This document shows, piece after piece, positions 40,780 through 51,583 of a stretch of DNA of 64,000 bases. Where the stretch lies: contig NC_043009.1 in assembly GCF_006345805.1 (NCBI RefSeq), positions 17,298,001 through 17,362,000 of the forward strand, read 5' to 3'. The position numbers and the translations under genes are program-made. Numbering within the stretch: the stretch's first letter is position 1; each line of letters opens with the position of its first letter. Origin of the DNA: Octopus sinensis (lineage: Eukaryota). A model generated the notes under the pieces. That model ran no database searches and was not told where the DNA came from. It worked only from the letters and a program-made list of their open reading frames with translations.

Positions 40780-41692
40780 GCTGGTCCTGATGGTTTCCCA
40801 GCAATCCTCCTCAAATTGTGTAAGCATGCCCTGGCAAAACCTCTCCAGATTTTCCTTCAGAGCTTTCTTACAAATGGCAAACTGCCAAGCAAGCTGAAGG
40901 AGGGAATAATATGCCCAATACATAAAGAGGGAAGTAGAGCAGATGCCAAAAACTATAGGCCTGTCTCTCTCACTTCACACATCAGCAAAGTCATGGAACA
41001 GATAGTCAGAGGGAAACTAATCGCATTCCTTGGAAAAAATAACTTGCTGAGTGATACCCTGCATGGTTTTCGACCAGGTAGGAGTTGCCTGACCCAGCTC
41101 TTACAACATTATGACTGGGTATTGAGTTACTCAACAAATCAAATGTGGATGTAATATACCTTGATTTTGCATAAGCTTTTGACAAGGTGGATCATGGTAT
41201 GATATGCCACAAACTTGAAGAGTGGTTACATGACTTCGTGAAAGGTAGAAGTCAGGCAGTAGTGGCTAATGGAGCCACCTCTATGAACACACAAATAGTG
41301 AGCGGTGTTCCACAGGGCACTGTCTTGGGACCACTGCTTTTTATAGTGGCCCTCTCAGATATGCCCTCAAATGCCCAGATAGCCACCCTTGCAAGCTATG
41401 CAGATGATACGAAAGTCTCACAGAAAATACAGAACCCCAGCGATGTTGCACACCTGCAGCAGGAGTTGGACTCAATTTACAGATGGGCTGAGGATAATAA
41501 TATGCAGTTTAATGCTGAAAAATTCCAAGCCCTGCACTACCAGCATCCAAAACTGAATATTCAAACTTACAGGGTACACCGGTCCACAGGGAATTTCAAT
41601 TCCAGAGCCTAAGTCAGTGAGGGACCTCGGTATCGACATGAGTGATGATACCTCTTTCCAAGTGCACATTACCAGGATGGCAACAAAGTGCA
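40780..41692 (+). mobile_element. CR1-group LINE reverse transcriptase pseudogene
   Basis: AGPDG, NYRPVSLTSHISKVME, HGFRPGRSCLTQLL, YLDFA*AFDKVDH, GVPQGTVLGPLLF and YADDTK (ORFs 40816..41154 and 41187..41612). Confidence 0.93.
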
Positions 41693-41995
41693 TATGTATA
41701 TAATGTATATATATATGAGTAAGGTTATGTGCTATTTACTCCATAAAATCTTCTGTAACAATAATAATAATATTTTTTTGATGTATTCTTTTTTCACACA
41801 GAGGAGAACAGTGATATGTAATTAATCTAATTTAATTTAATTAATTTCTAATTTTTTACCATGTTTTTTACATATTAATATTGCTGTTCAAAATGCATGT
41901 ATTAAAATTCTTTTCAAATTTTTAACATCTCTTCTTTAACAGTTTGTTGAGTTTCTATGGGATACTTGTTCCATAAATTCTCACAACACGCATCA

Positions 41996-42130
41996 TCTAT
42001 AACTATAAAAGAGAGTTTGTATGTGCGTGTGTGTGTGTGTGTGTATGTTCCTTATGCATTCCAAAACCAAGTTGCCAGTTTTGACGTATGGGGTATCAAA
42101 GATTCAGTACTTTATTTTCATTGACATATT
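41996..42130 (+). mobile_element. Probable non-autonomous Helitron 5' end
   Basis: A|TCTATAACTATAAAAGAGAG followed by (TG)n, a typical Helitron 5'-TC start; no 3' CTRR end found. Confidence 0.4.
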
Positions 42131-42696
42131 TCCATTACAAAAATTTTAAATTATAATCTTTTCCGTAACTCAACTATCGTAAGCATTTTATACAATGACA
42201 ACGATGACGTCACATTTTCTATATGAGTGTGTACCTTAAAAGACATCCATCATTACAACACACACCTTCACTCACTCACTGTATCTCTCTCTCTCGCACA
42301 CACACACATGCACACACACCCACACGCATGCACACACACACATGTCCATTTCATATACACATACATACATCTTATTTTTATGGAATGACCGAGTGAGAAA
42401 AAGACAGAGAGACAAGAGAGAGAAACAGAAAACAAGCTTCTATGTTATTCCTTGCTGTGCCCTAAATTACATCTGAAATCCTATGGAAATTACCTTTTCC
42501 TATTCTGTCATTCCTGTTTGTGAAGAGCATATTTCAAAACCTGATCTTCCATTTAAACCTACAAGGATGTTATCTCAAAAACCCTGTCCTTTACCTGTTG
42601 TTTCTAGCATGTCTGTGATGACATTTGCGTACCCCCACCCCCGCCACACACACTTATTTCTTTCCTCAATTTATTCGTATTCCTATGTTTTCCATA

Positions 42697-43830
42697 ATGG
42701 CAGACCCTCAGCTTATTCAAGAAATGAAGAGGAATGCTGTTATTGCAGTTATAAAGGCTGAGCATTGTGATTTAGAAACATCTCGATTTTTGAAAGTTGC
42801 CAGATCTTTCATCTACAAAGTTTGTAAGGAGCTAGAGACTGAAGATGGAAATATATCACCAGTATCAAAGCATAAAAAGCATTCTAAATGCTCTGAAATC
42901 ATCAGAACACTTGAATTTATCCAGCAAGTTCAACAGACCATTGATTACAATCTCAGAAAGTCCTTGAGGTCAATTGCAAAAGATCTCCATGTGTCAGAAG
43001 AAAAAGTCAGAAATGTTGTCCACAAAGACATCAGATATAAGTCTTATATGATGAGGAAAGGTCAATTTGTCAGAAAAAAGCAAAAGAAAATCAATACATT
43101 AGATCTAAAAGGCTCTTAAACAAACTGAAAAATCCAGCAGAATATTTGATATGGTTTTCCTCAAAAGAGAAAAACTTCAACCAAGGTCAGAAATTTAACA
43201 GAAAAAATGAGAGATGGTTATTGCAGACCCTTCTGAAGTTCCAAGTGCTATACATACAAAATTTCCTGTCGTGGTTTTAGGGGTTATCAGTAATGAAGGA
43301 CATGTTATGCCTCCTTACTTCTTTTCCAGAGTTAACTCTGCCACCTACATTGAGGTCCTGGAAATAATTGTTAAGTCCTGGATAGGCAGGGTATGCAATG
43401 GAAGGCTATATGTGTTTCAGTAAGTCCCTGCATTATCACACATGGCTCTAGCAACACAAGCATGGATGACTGAAAATTTGGCCTCCTAATTCCCCAGATC
43501 TCAATCCATTGGACTATTACATGCAGAGCATTGTTGGGAGAGAGGTCAATTAACACGCCCATAACACGAAAGATTCTTTGAAAGCTGCTGTAGTCAGAGT
43601 AATGTCCAAAATGAACCAGGACCACTTGATTCAAGCATGTAGATGATCTAAATCTCATATAGAAACAATTGTTGAAGCTGAAAGTGGCTTTATTGAATAA
43701 CATTATAGAAAAGAAGGTGTATTTTTATCCTCATAGCATTTTTTGATAAATAAAGTTATTATCTACTATTATATATCTGTTTTTTTTTTTATAAACATAA
43801 ATATGTCCTCAAATATCTTATGCACTCTGC
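42697..43830 (+). mobile_element. Tc1/mariner superfamily transposase pseudogene (maT/DD37D-like)
   Basis: N-terminal HTH region (ORF 42625..43119), WFSSKEKNF, VLGVISNEGHVMPP, YVFQ and WPPNSPDLNPLDYY; frameshifted. The subfamily call is tentative. Confidence 0.85.
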
Positions 43831-43857
43831 ATATATATGTATATATATGTATGTGTA

Positions 43858-43921
<64 letters not shown>

Positions 43922-44082
43922 TTTTAAGGGAGAAGGTCAAAACAAGACTTATTTCGTCCATACTGAATTAATGTTGAAGCATTACGAAGCTACCATAAAA
44001 ACTCCATTTATACATGTGATTAAAAGCAGGCTAATGAGAAAATACTTAAAGAGACTCCACACTAATTAATATATATATATAT

Positions 44083-44130
<48 letters not shown>

Positions 44131-44149
44131 TATATATTATATATACACT

Positions 44150-44620
44150 ATAATAAAAAAATCCAGACAATTTTTTGAGAAGTGACATTTTGAAGTGGTC
44201 AAAAATCATTTGCAGTTGCAAAAATATAAACACTTTTTTTTCTTTTTTTTCCTCTTTTCTCTCCTCCTCCTTCCTTTCATTCCCCTTTCCCATTTAACAC
44301 TACTTTCAGATAAGCAGACACCACCCCACACACACACACACACACACACTCTCTCTCTCTCTCACAAGACAATGATAAAAAAGAAATCCAGACAATTTTT
44401 TGAAAAGTGACATTTTGCCCCCCTTGGAGTAAACAGTTAATTATTATTGCCAACCTGACCAGCTGCAAAGAGATCAACAAAAATTTTTTTCTTCTTTCTC
44501 TCCCTTTTCTTCCTTTTCTTCTTTTTCTTTAACACTACTTTCAGATACAAACACACACACACACACACACACACGCATGCACACACACACACCCACACAC
44601 ACACACACATGCTCTCTCTC
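44150..44620. repeat. Old ~230-bp tandem duplication
   Basis: AAATCCAGACAATTTTTTGA.AAGTGACATTTTG at ~44159 and ~44384; TAACACTACTTTCAGATA at ~44295 and ~44530. Confidence 0.75.
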
Positions 44621-45383
44621 ACTTTCTCCCCATTCATCACCCTCTTGTACTATCTTATATCTCTCCCCACCACTACACACTCACTAACACTATAAAAAGA
44701 GTCAAAATTCCTGCAAGAACTTTGTTCAGTAGGACGACTCCACCAGAATGAACGAAAGCGCTTATATATGATATATGATATAAGTTATATGATGTATAAA
44801 AACATGTAATATACAAATAAATATCTGTAAATATAAAACAATCCAAATTTCTGAGTACCTCATTTCTTCTAATATATAATACCTGTACATCATCTCCAAA
44901 CCTTCTAATATATATATATATAAATATATATACTCACATATATATATACATACATATATACATGCATGCATATAATAATAAAGGCAACTAGATGGAATAT
45001 AAAACCAAACAGGTAGAATTCAGTTGTCACTAATACTGACTGGGAGTGCATTGTAGCACCTATATTGCTAGAAATAAGAGCCAAATACCCATTATAGGTA
45101 CATTTATATGCTTACACCCCCCCCACACACATATATATATGTGTGTGTGTGTATATATATATATATTATATATATATATATCCATATCTATAAATATATG
45201 TGTATGTATACATATATTTACATACACTAGCATAGTTAGTGGGGCAGAAGGGGTGGTCTGCCCTGGGTGGCACTTTTGGGTCTGTGTTTCTTACGAGGCT
45301 TGGGTACAGAAAACAAGTGACACACACTCTAGCTACGCTAGTGTTTACATGTAGGTATCTCTATATTATGTGTGTGTGTGCGC

Positions 45384-45414
<31 letters not shown>

Positions 45415-45420
45415 CATACA

Positions 45421-45454
<34 letters not shown>

Positions 45455-45458
45455 AATA

Positions 45459-45700
45459 TCATCATCATCATCATCATCATCGTTTAACGTCCGTTTTCCG
45501 CGCTAGCACGGGTTGGACGGTTTCGACCGGGGTCTGGGGAGCTAGGGACTGCCCCAGGCTCCAGTCTAGTCTGGCAGTGTTTCTACAGCTGGATGCCCTT
45601 CCTAACGCCAACCACTCCGCGAGTGTAGTGGGTGTTTTTTACGTGCCACCTGCACAGGTGCCAGAGGGGTCTGGCATCGGCCACGTTCGGATGGTGCTTT
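45459..45700 (-). mobile_element. RTE-type 3' tail ending in (GAT)n
   Basis: Reverse complement of the 56840-57080 tail. Confidence 0.85.
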
Positions 45701-46309
45701 TTTTATGTGGGGGGGGTGCAGAAATATATAGGGGAGCACCAGTGGGGAGGGGTGGTTCAGAGAAATGATGACAGGTTCTAGGCAAGTAGAACGTAGGATA
45801 TCAAGAGAGGGGTAATGCATGGTGAAATAGCGTGTTGAAGAGGGGGGTTCGAAGAGTAGACACCTATAATGGTGGTGGGAGAAGCGACATCCGGTATAGA
45901 TGGAGCAAAAATAAAGAGATATCCGGTATTGGTGGTGGGGGTTGGCAAGGGCGGGTGCACCGGGAATATGCGAAGGTTGAACTTTAGAGAAACGAGCGGG
46001 AATGGCGATGTTTTTAGGGTGGCATATAGAAAGAAAAGGAAAGCAAAGCAGATTGGTGGTTATAAGTTCAAAACATTTAAACGGTAGACAAATGTATGTA
46101 TGTATGAAAAAGAAGGGAGAAATCTTCTTAGCTTGCTTATGGACATTGCTTTAAGTCGGAGAAGAAATGATAGTGAATGGTGGAGCACCGGGAATATGCG
46201 AAGGTTGAACTTTTATATATCTGTATGTATTTACATAATTAATAGTTTAAAGAAAACAGAATATACAAAGAATAACCATTTCTAATCACAGTGCAATCAA
46301 TTATTCAAT

Positions 46310-46690
46310 TCTCTTTTACTTGTTTCAGTCATTTGACTGTGGCCATGCTGGAGCACTGCCTTTAGACGAGAAAATCAACCCCAGGACTTATTCTTTGTAA
46401 GCCTAGTACTTATTCTATCAGTCTCTTTTGCCGAACTGCTAAGTTACGGGGATGTAAACACACCAGCATCGGTTGTCAAGCGATGTTAGGGGGGACAAAC
46501 ACAGACACACACACATATACATATATACGACAGGCTTCTTTCAGTTTCCGTCTACCAAATCCACTCACAAGGCTTTGGTCTGCTTGAGGCTATAATAGAA
46601 GACACTTGCCCAAGGTGTCACACAGTGGGATTGAACCCAGAACCATGTGGTTGGTAAGCAAGCTACTTACCACACAGCCACTCCTGCGCC
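46310..46690 (-). mobile_element. Full-length dominant tRNA-derived SINE
   Basis: Same family and orientation as 17131-17525. Confidence 0.9.
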
Positions 46691-46899
46691 TACTTACCTC
46701 ACAGCCACTCGCATACGTTACATTTCAGTCAATTGTTATTGTCCAAATTTGTACTTTATAAAGGGTATTAAAGGTTATTTTTTTAATACAGGCCTATATA
46801 TATATATATGCTTCCTGATGATTTCTCTTAAATTAATTTTACTCTGCTATGTATTGAGTACCTTATTTACTGTGGTTAACCCCGAATCAACCCGGGACC

Positions 46900-46985
<86 letters not shown>

Positions 46986-47306
46986 TGTGTGTGTGTGTAT
47001 ATATATATATATACACACATACATACATACATACTACATACATATATATATACATACATACATACATACATATATATATACATACATATATATATATACA
47101 TATAATGATAAATCTCAGAGCGAGTTATAAACAGTAGCGGTAACACATCGTGATGCATATTTGCCATTTGAATATGGCTAACCCATAAGGGTGGATGCTA
47201 CTGTAGTTTGTAGCCCCAGGAAGATATCTCCTCCAGCTGGCTATAGACACACTATCTGTGTCCTGTCAGTATTTGTGAAGGGGAGTCATCCTCCCCGTCT
47301 TCAACA

Positions 47307-47367
47307 CATGATACACACGTACCCGAGTTTCAAGGTGATTACCTTTCATCAGCGTGTGACAATCATG
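47307..47367 (-). ncRNA. Type I hammerhead ribozyme motif (minus-strand copy)
   Basis: Exact reverse complement of 47397-47457; predicted cleavage 3' of the GUA adenosine at 47320. Confidence 0.85.
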
Positions 47368-47396
47368 GTGAAGGGATATGACTTCTCATCGACAAC

Positions 47397-47457
47397 CATG
47401 ATTGTCACACGCTGATGAAAGGTAATCACCTTGAAACTCGGGTACGTGTGTATCATG
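47397..47457 (+). ncRNA. Type I hammerhead ribozyme motif (plus-strand copy)
   Basis: CATGAT-tgt-CACACG [stem I] CTGATGA [core 47412-47418] AAGGT-aatc-ACCTT [stem II] GAAA C-tcgg-G TA [cleavage after 47444] CGTGTG-t-ATCATG [stem I']; all conserved core nucleotides are present. Confidence 0.85.
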
Positions 47458-47609
47458 TGTTGAAGACAGGGAGGATGACTCCCCTTCACAAATACTGACA
47501 GGACACAGATAGTGTGTCTATAGCCAGCTGGAGGAGATATCTTCCTGGGGCCACAAACTACAGTAGCATCCATCCTTATGGGTTAGCCATATTCAAATGG
47601 CATATATGC

Positions 47610-47666
<57 letters not shown>

Positions 47667-48500
47667 TATTTATTTATTTATTTATATTGTTGCTGTCTAC
47701 TCCTTCTGCAGAGTTTGACCACCTCTTGTACTTACACTTTAGCTCTATCATAGTGTCTGATGTGGCTTTTTAAACCAGACAATGTTTTGAAAAGACACCC
47801 ACATAAACTTCATATCTGCTTTTGACCACCAAGAGCTGCAGTTAAATTCTGATCTTAAAATGTCTTTTAAGGTGCACACGGCATTGACAGACATACACAG
47901 ATAGATAGGCAGAGTAGTTGGTGGAGGTTCGTTTTCCGTGGGTCCACAAATGTCTTTACATACATACATAATACATACGTACATACATATAGAAAACATG
48001 TCGTAGAGCTTAAGTTATTTGAACTTACACTCCAAAGTCTGTATCCCATACTAAGTCCACAGGGTAAAGAGTGGCTATAAGAGAAATCAGGTTAGCTAAT
48101 ATGGAGATAGTGATGCAGATAAACATGCTTGGACTTGATACATAAAATATACATACATACATATGCACATAAAAATATATAGAGTGAGGGTTATATATAA
48201 AGGTAGGCAATTTGCCAATCTTTCCACCCTGATGAAGGAGGCCAATATTACAGTAACATTTATATGCATCCTCTACTGGTTGCATATCCTTGCCTTTTTG
48301 TGTCTTCTAACTGACAAACATGAACATTACAATTATTATGTCATTCTGAGCCCCAAGGAACAACTATTAAACTTAAAATAGCATACCTTCTCACTTTAGT
48401 TTTGTATATTTTTTGTACTCCATGCAAATTTATTTTGAAAATATAGAAATATCTATGTTTGTACATGAGTGTTCATCTGAATATTTCCAGTTGTTTCTTT

Positions 48501-48601
<101 letters not shown>

Positions 48602-48721
48602 ACACACACATATATGTATGCATGTATATTTTATATATCAAGCCAAAGCATGTTTATCTGCATCACTATCTCTCTCTCTCTCTCTTTCTCCCTCTCTCTT
48701 TGTAAAGATATCTATAGATTG

Positions 48722-49397
48722 TATTAGAGGAAAAATCAAAAACCAAGGCAGAATGAGTATCTCAAGTCATTTAGAATAATCTAATTTAGGGTAATTATTT
48801 GAAGTCTTACAGCTGATTCTGGGATAACCAAAGTGGTAGGTTAGCATGTCCACACACTGGGCATTCTGACATCAGAGACAAGGTAAGAATATTTTAGACA
48901 GGGAAAAATTTACAGCCTACAAGGAATAAAACTCACAGGTTATAAGGAATTAATAGAAGAATAAAGAATTAGAAGAATATGGGCAGGAGAATCATGTTCA
49001 GGGGATATCGATGTTGGTCAGTACTTCCATGGAGGATTTTATCTAAGGACCTGTACCTTCATTGAAGTACCAATCAACACCCATATCCTTCAGATAAAAG
49101 ATGAGTTGTGAACATTATTCTCCTTCCTATATTCTTCCAACCACTTTTACTCTTTATTCTTCTATTTTATTCCTTATAAAATGTGAATTTTATTACTTGT
49201 AAATTGTAATTTTCCCTGTCCAAAATATTCATACCTTGTCTCTGACGACAGAATACTCAGTGCACGGGCATGCTAACCTACCACTTGGGTTATTCCAGAA
49301 ACAGCTGTAAGACTTTAAATTCACCCTACTCTAATTAAATTATTCTAAACGACTGGAGATACTCATTCTGCCTGAGTTCTTGATTTTTCCTCTAATA
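48722..49397. mobile_element. Older ~675-bp foldback element with a hammerhead motif in each arm
   Basis: TATTAGAGGAAAAATCAA...GGCAGAATGAGTATCTC / GAGATACTCATTCTGCC...TTGATTTTTCCTCTAATA; arms are ~310 bp and clearly diverged. Confidence 0.85.
49238..49313 (+). ncRNA. Type I hammerhead motif with long stem II, partly decayed
   Basis: GTCT CTGACGA cagaata...tattcca GAAA C-agct-G TA AGAC. The base of stem II has mismatches explicable by CpG decay (CGGAATA/TATTCCG). The mirror copy at 48804-48879 (-) has core mutations CTGATGT and GAAT. Confidence 0.7.
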
Positions 49398-49689
49398 TTG
49401 TATTTACTAGCTATAATGAAACCCTAATAAGGATCCTTAGATCCGACCTTAGCTGTGATCTTGGAACCTAACAGACGACCAACTATAGCAATTACTCAGC
49501 ATGCCTACTTGTTTAGATCACAACTGAACTAAACCCCTCACATTCTTTACACACACACTTACACACACACACACACACACACATAAACAAGATTGTGGGC
49601 TAAATTTGATGTTATTTTATGTCTCCTTTTTTTTCAAGAATAGCTTGATCTATTGATGAACAGTCAAAAGTATTGGGGAGCACAAAGAT

Positions 49690-50362
49690 TAAAGTGGGAG
49701 GTGTGAAAAAGTTAGCTGAGATGAAGGATTGGAAACCATCTGAGTATTGGAAAAGTGTTGCTTGTATCATGATGATTCATGCAAGGTATCAAAATGTCAA
49801 TATTATGACTGCCACTCAATGCTCTGAAAACACTGTAAAGGCTGTAAGCATAACATGGACATCATGAAAACTAAGTTCTCTCAAACTGTGATGATCTTTG
49901 GGTGTGTCTACAGTGAGAATGATGTTATGCTGCCCCACATCTTTGAACAGGGACTTAGGGTCAATTCAGACATGTATGTGAAGTTACTGAAGACTGTAGT
50001 CAATCCCTGGCTGCAGGGGGTTGCTACTAGAAGGCCTTATGTATAGCAGCAGTATTTGGTTCCTTGCCATGTTTCTGGTAAGAGTTAGAAGTTCTTGTCA
50101 GAGAATTTCTACAGCTTCACTCGTCCCAATGAAAGTGCCTCCTAATTTCCCAAATTTTAATCCCATGCATTATAGTAATGCATGGGATTAAAATTTGGGA
50201 AATTAGGAGGCACTTTCATTGGGACGAGTGTGAAGTACAATTGAGAAAGACACCAACCACTCTGCTTGCTACACCAAACCCAAGCTGGTGGCCAAGATCA
50301 AGGAGGTGTTTGAAGATCTTCCCAGAGACACAGTGAGGAATGCATGCACCAAGTTCTGGAGC
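49690..50362 (+). mobile_element. maT-like Tc1/mariner relic, internally deleted
   Basis: MKTKFSQTVMIFGCVYSENDVMLPHIFEQGLRVNSDMYVKLLKTVVNPWL...RPYV (ORF 49855..50046), then PPNFPNFNPMHY. Confidence 0.75.
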
Positions 50363-51538
50363 TATATATACACACACACACTCACACACACACACTCAGA
50401 CACACACTCACACACACTCACACACACACACACATGCACTTATATGCATATATACATATATATATAGGGAGAGTTTACGAAAAAAAAACAAAAGACAACG
50501 ACAGGTGGTGTACAAAACAAACAGATGTATTAGTATAATGCTCAGGAATAGAAGAAGTCTTTTACATTTTGAGCCTACGCTCTTCTACAGAAAGGGACAC
50601 AGAAAAAATAAGGAGAAAAAAAAATGTGTGTGGTGGTTAATGATCTATTATGGCCACTGGATTCAGACGGAAGGGTCACACACGTGAGCGAAGAAGTAGG
50701 GGAGATAACAAAGTAAAGATGACCCCCAACACGAAGGTGCATGTGTGTATAAGAGAGTATGTATGTGCATGTGAAAGAGGGCTGGTGGTCTGGACGTGTG
50801 CGTGTATGTATGTGTAGGTGTGAAAATGTGGTGATGGGTGTGTGGGTGGTGTGTTGTGATGTGATGTGTAATGTTGTATTGTGTAGTGTGGTGTGGTGTG
50901 ATGTTGTTGGGAGGTGGGGGAGGCGAGAGTGGGGAAAGCACGAGTAGGGTGTGGGGGAGGCTGAGGGTTGGGGTGGAGTTGGGGTATTTCCACAAAAACA
51001 TGCCTGCCCATGGGAAATATTACCTTGCTTGGAAACAGGTGAGAGTTGGCAACAGGAAGGGCATCCAGCCATAGAAAATCTGCCTCAAAAAATCTTCATC
51101 TGACTAATACAAGCATCGAAAAGTGGGCGTTAAATGCGGAATAGAATTGTAGAAAAAGTGGTAATAATGATAGTGTTTTGGAATGAGTAACAATGATAGT
51201 ATGATAGTGTTAGCAACGGTGTGAAACTGTAAATATATCGATTGATACAGTTACATGTTTCTGTTTTATCTTTTAAATAAAGGAATAAAGTTAGAAACTA
51301 CAAAACGTTTTGTTGGGGGTGAGGATAATAAAATAGAAACAAAAGAATTTTGAAATATTAGCTAAAAAACAGTTATATAGAACTTACCAGAAAAGACAAT
51401 AAACAAGTAGTAGTAGTAGTAGTAGTAATAGTAGTAAAAACCACAACAAAAATAGGCAGCATTAACAGGAATAATAGCAAAAATAATACCAATAAACATT
51501 AATAAAGATGACAGCAACAATACTAACAACAAAACCAA

Positions 51539-51583
<45 letters not shown>

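Larger units (their letters stand above)
47150..47614. mobile_element. 465-bp palindromic element (220-bp arms, 25-nt loop) carrying a hammerhead ribozyme motif in each arm; probably Penelope/retrozyme related
   Basis: Arms 47150-47369 and 47395-47614 differ at 4 positions by my count (mirror ORFs 47191..47415 + and 47349..47573 -); flanked by (TA)n. Confidence 0.9.

Noticed and set aside
44708-44765. CTGCAAGA...GTTCA...TGAACGAAAGCGCTTA
   Set aside because: The core does not match CUGANGA and there is no stem I; too weak to call.
47191-47573. Twin ORFs MDATVVC... on opposite strands
   Set aside because: By-product of the palindrome; no protein motif.
47700-47890. Minus-strand CGCLFKTLSGLKSHIRH zinc-finger-like peptide next to a gtaagt
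   Set aside because: Resembles the RTE LINE C-terminal zinc finger also seen near 11200, so it is more likely a LINE relic than a host C2H2 gene exon.
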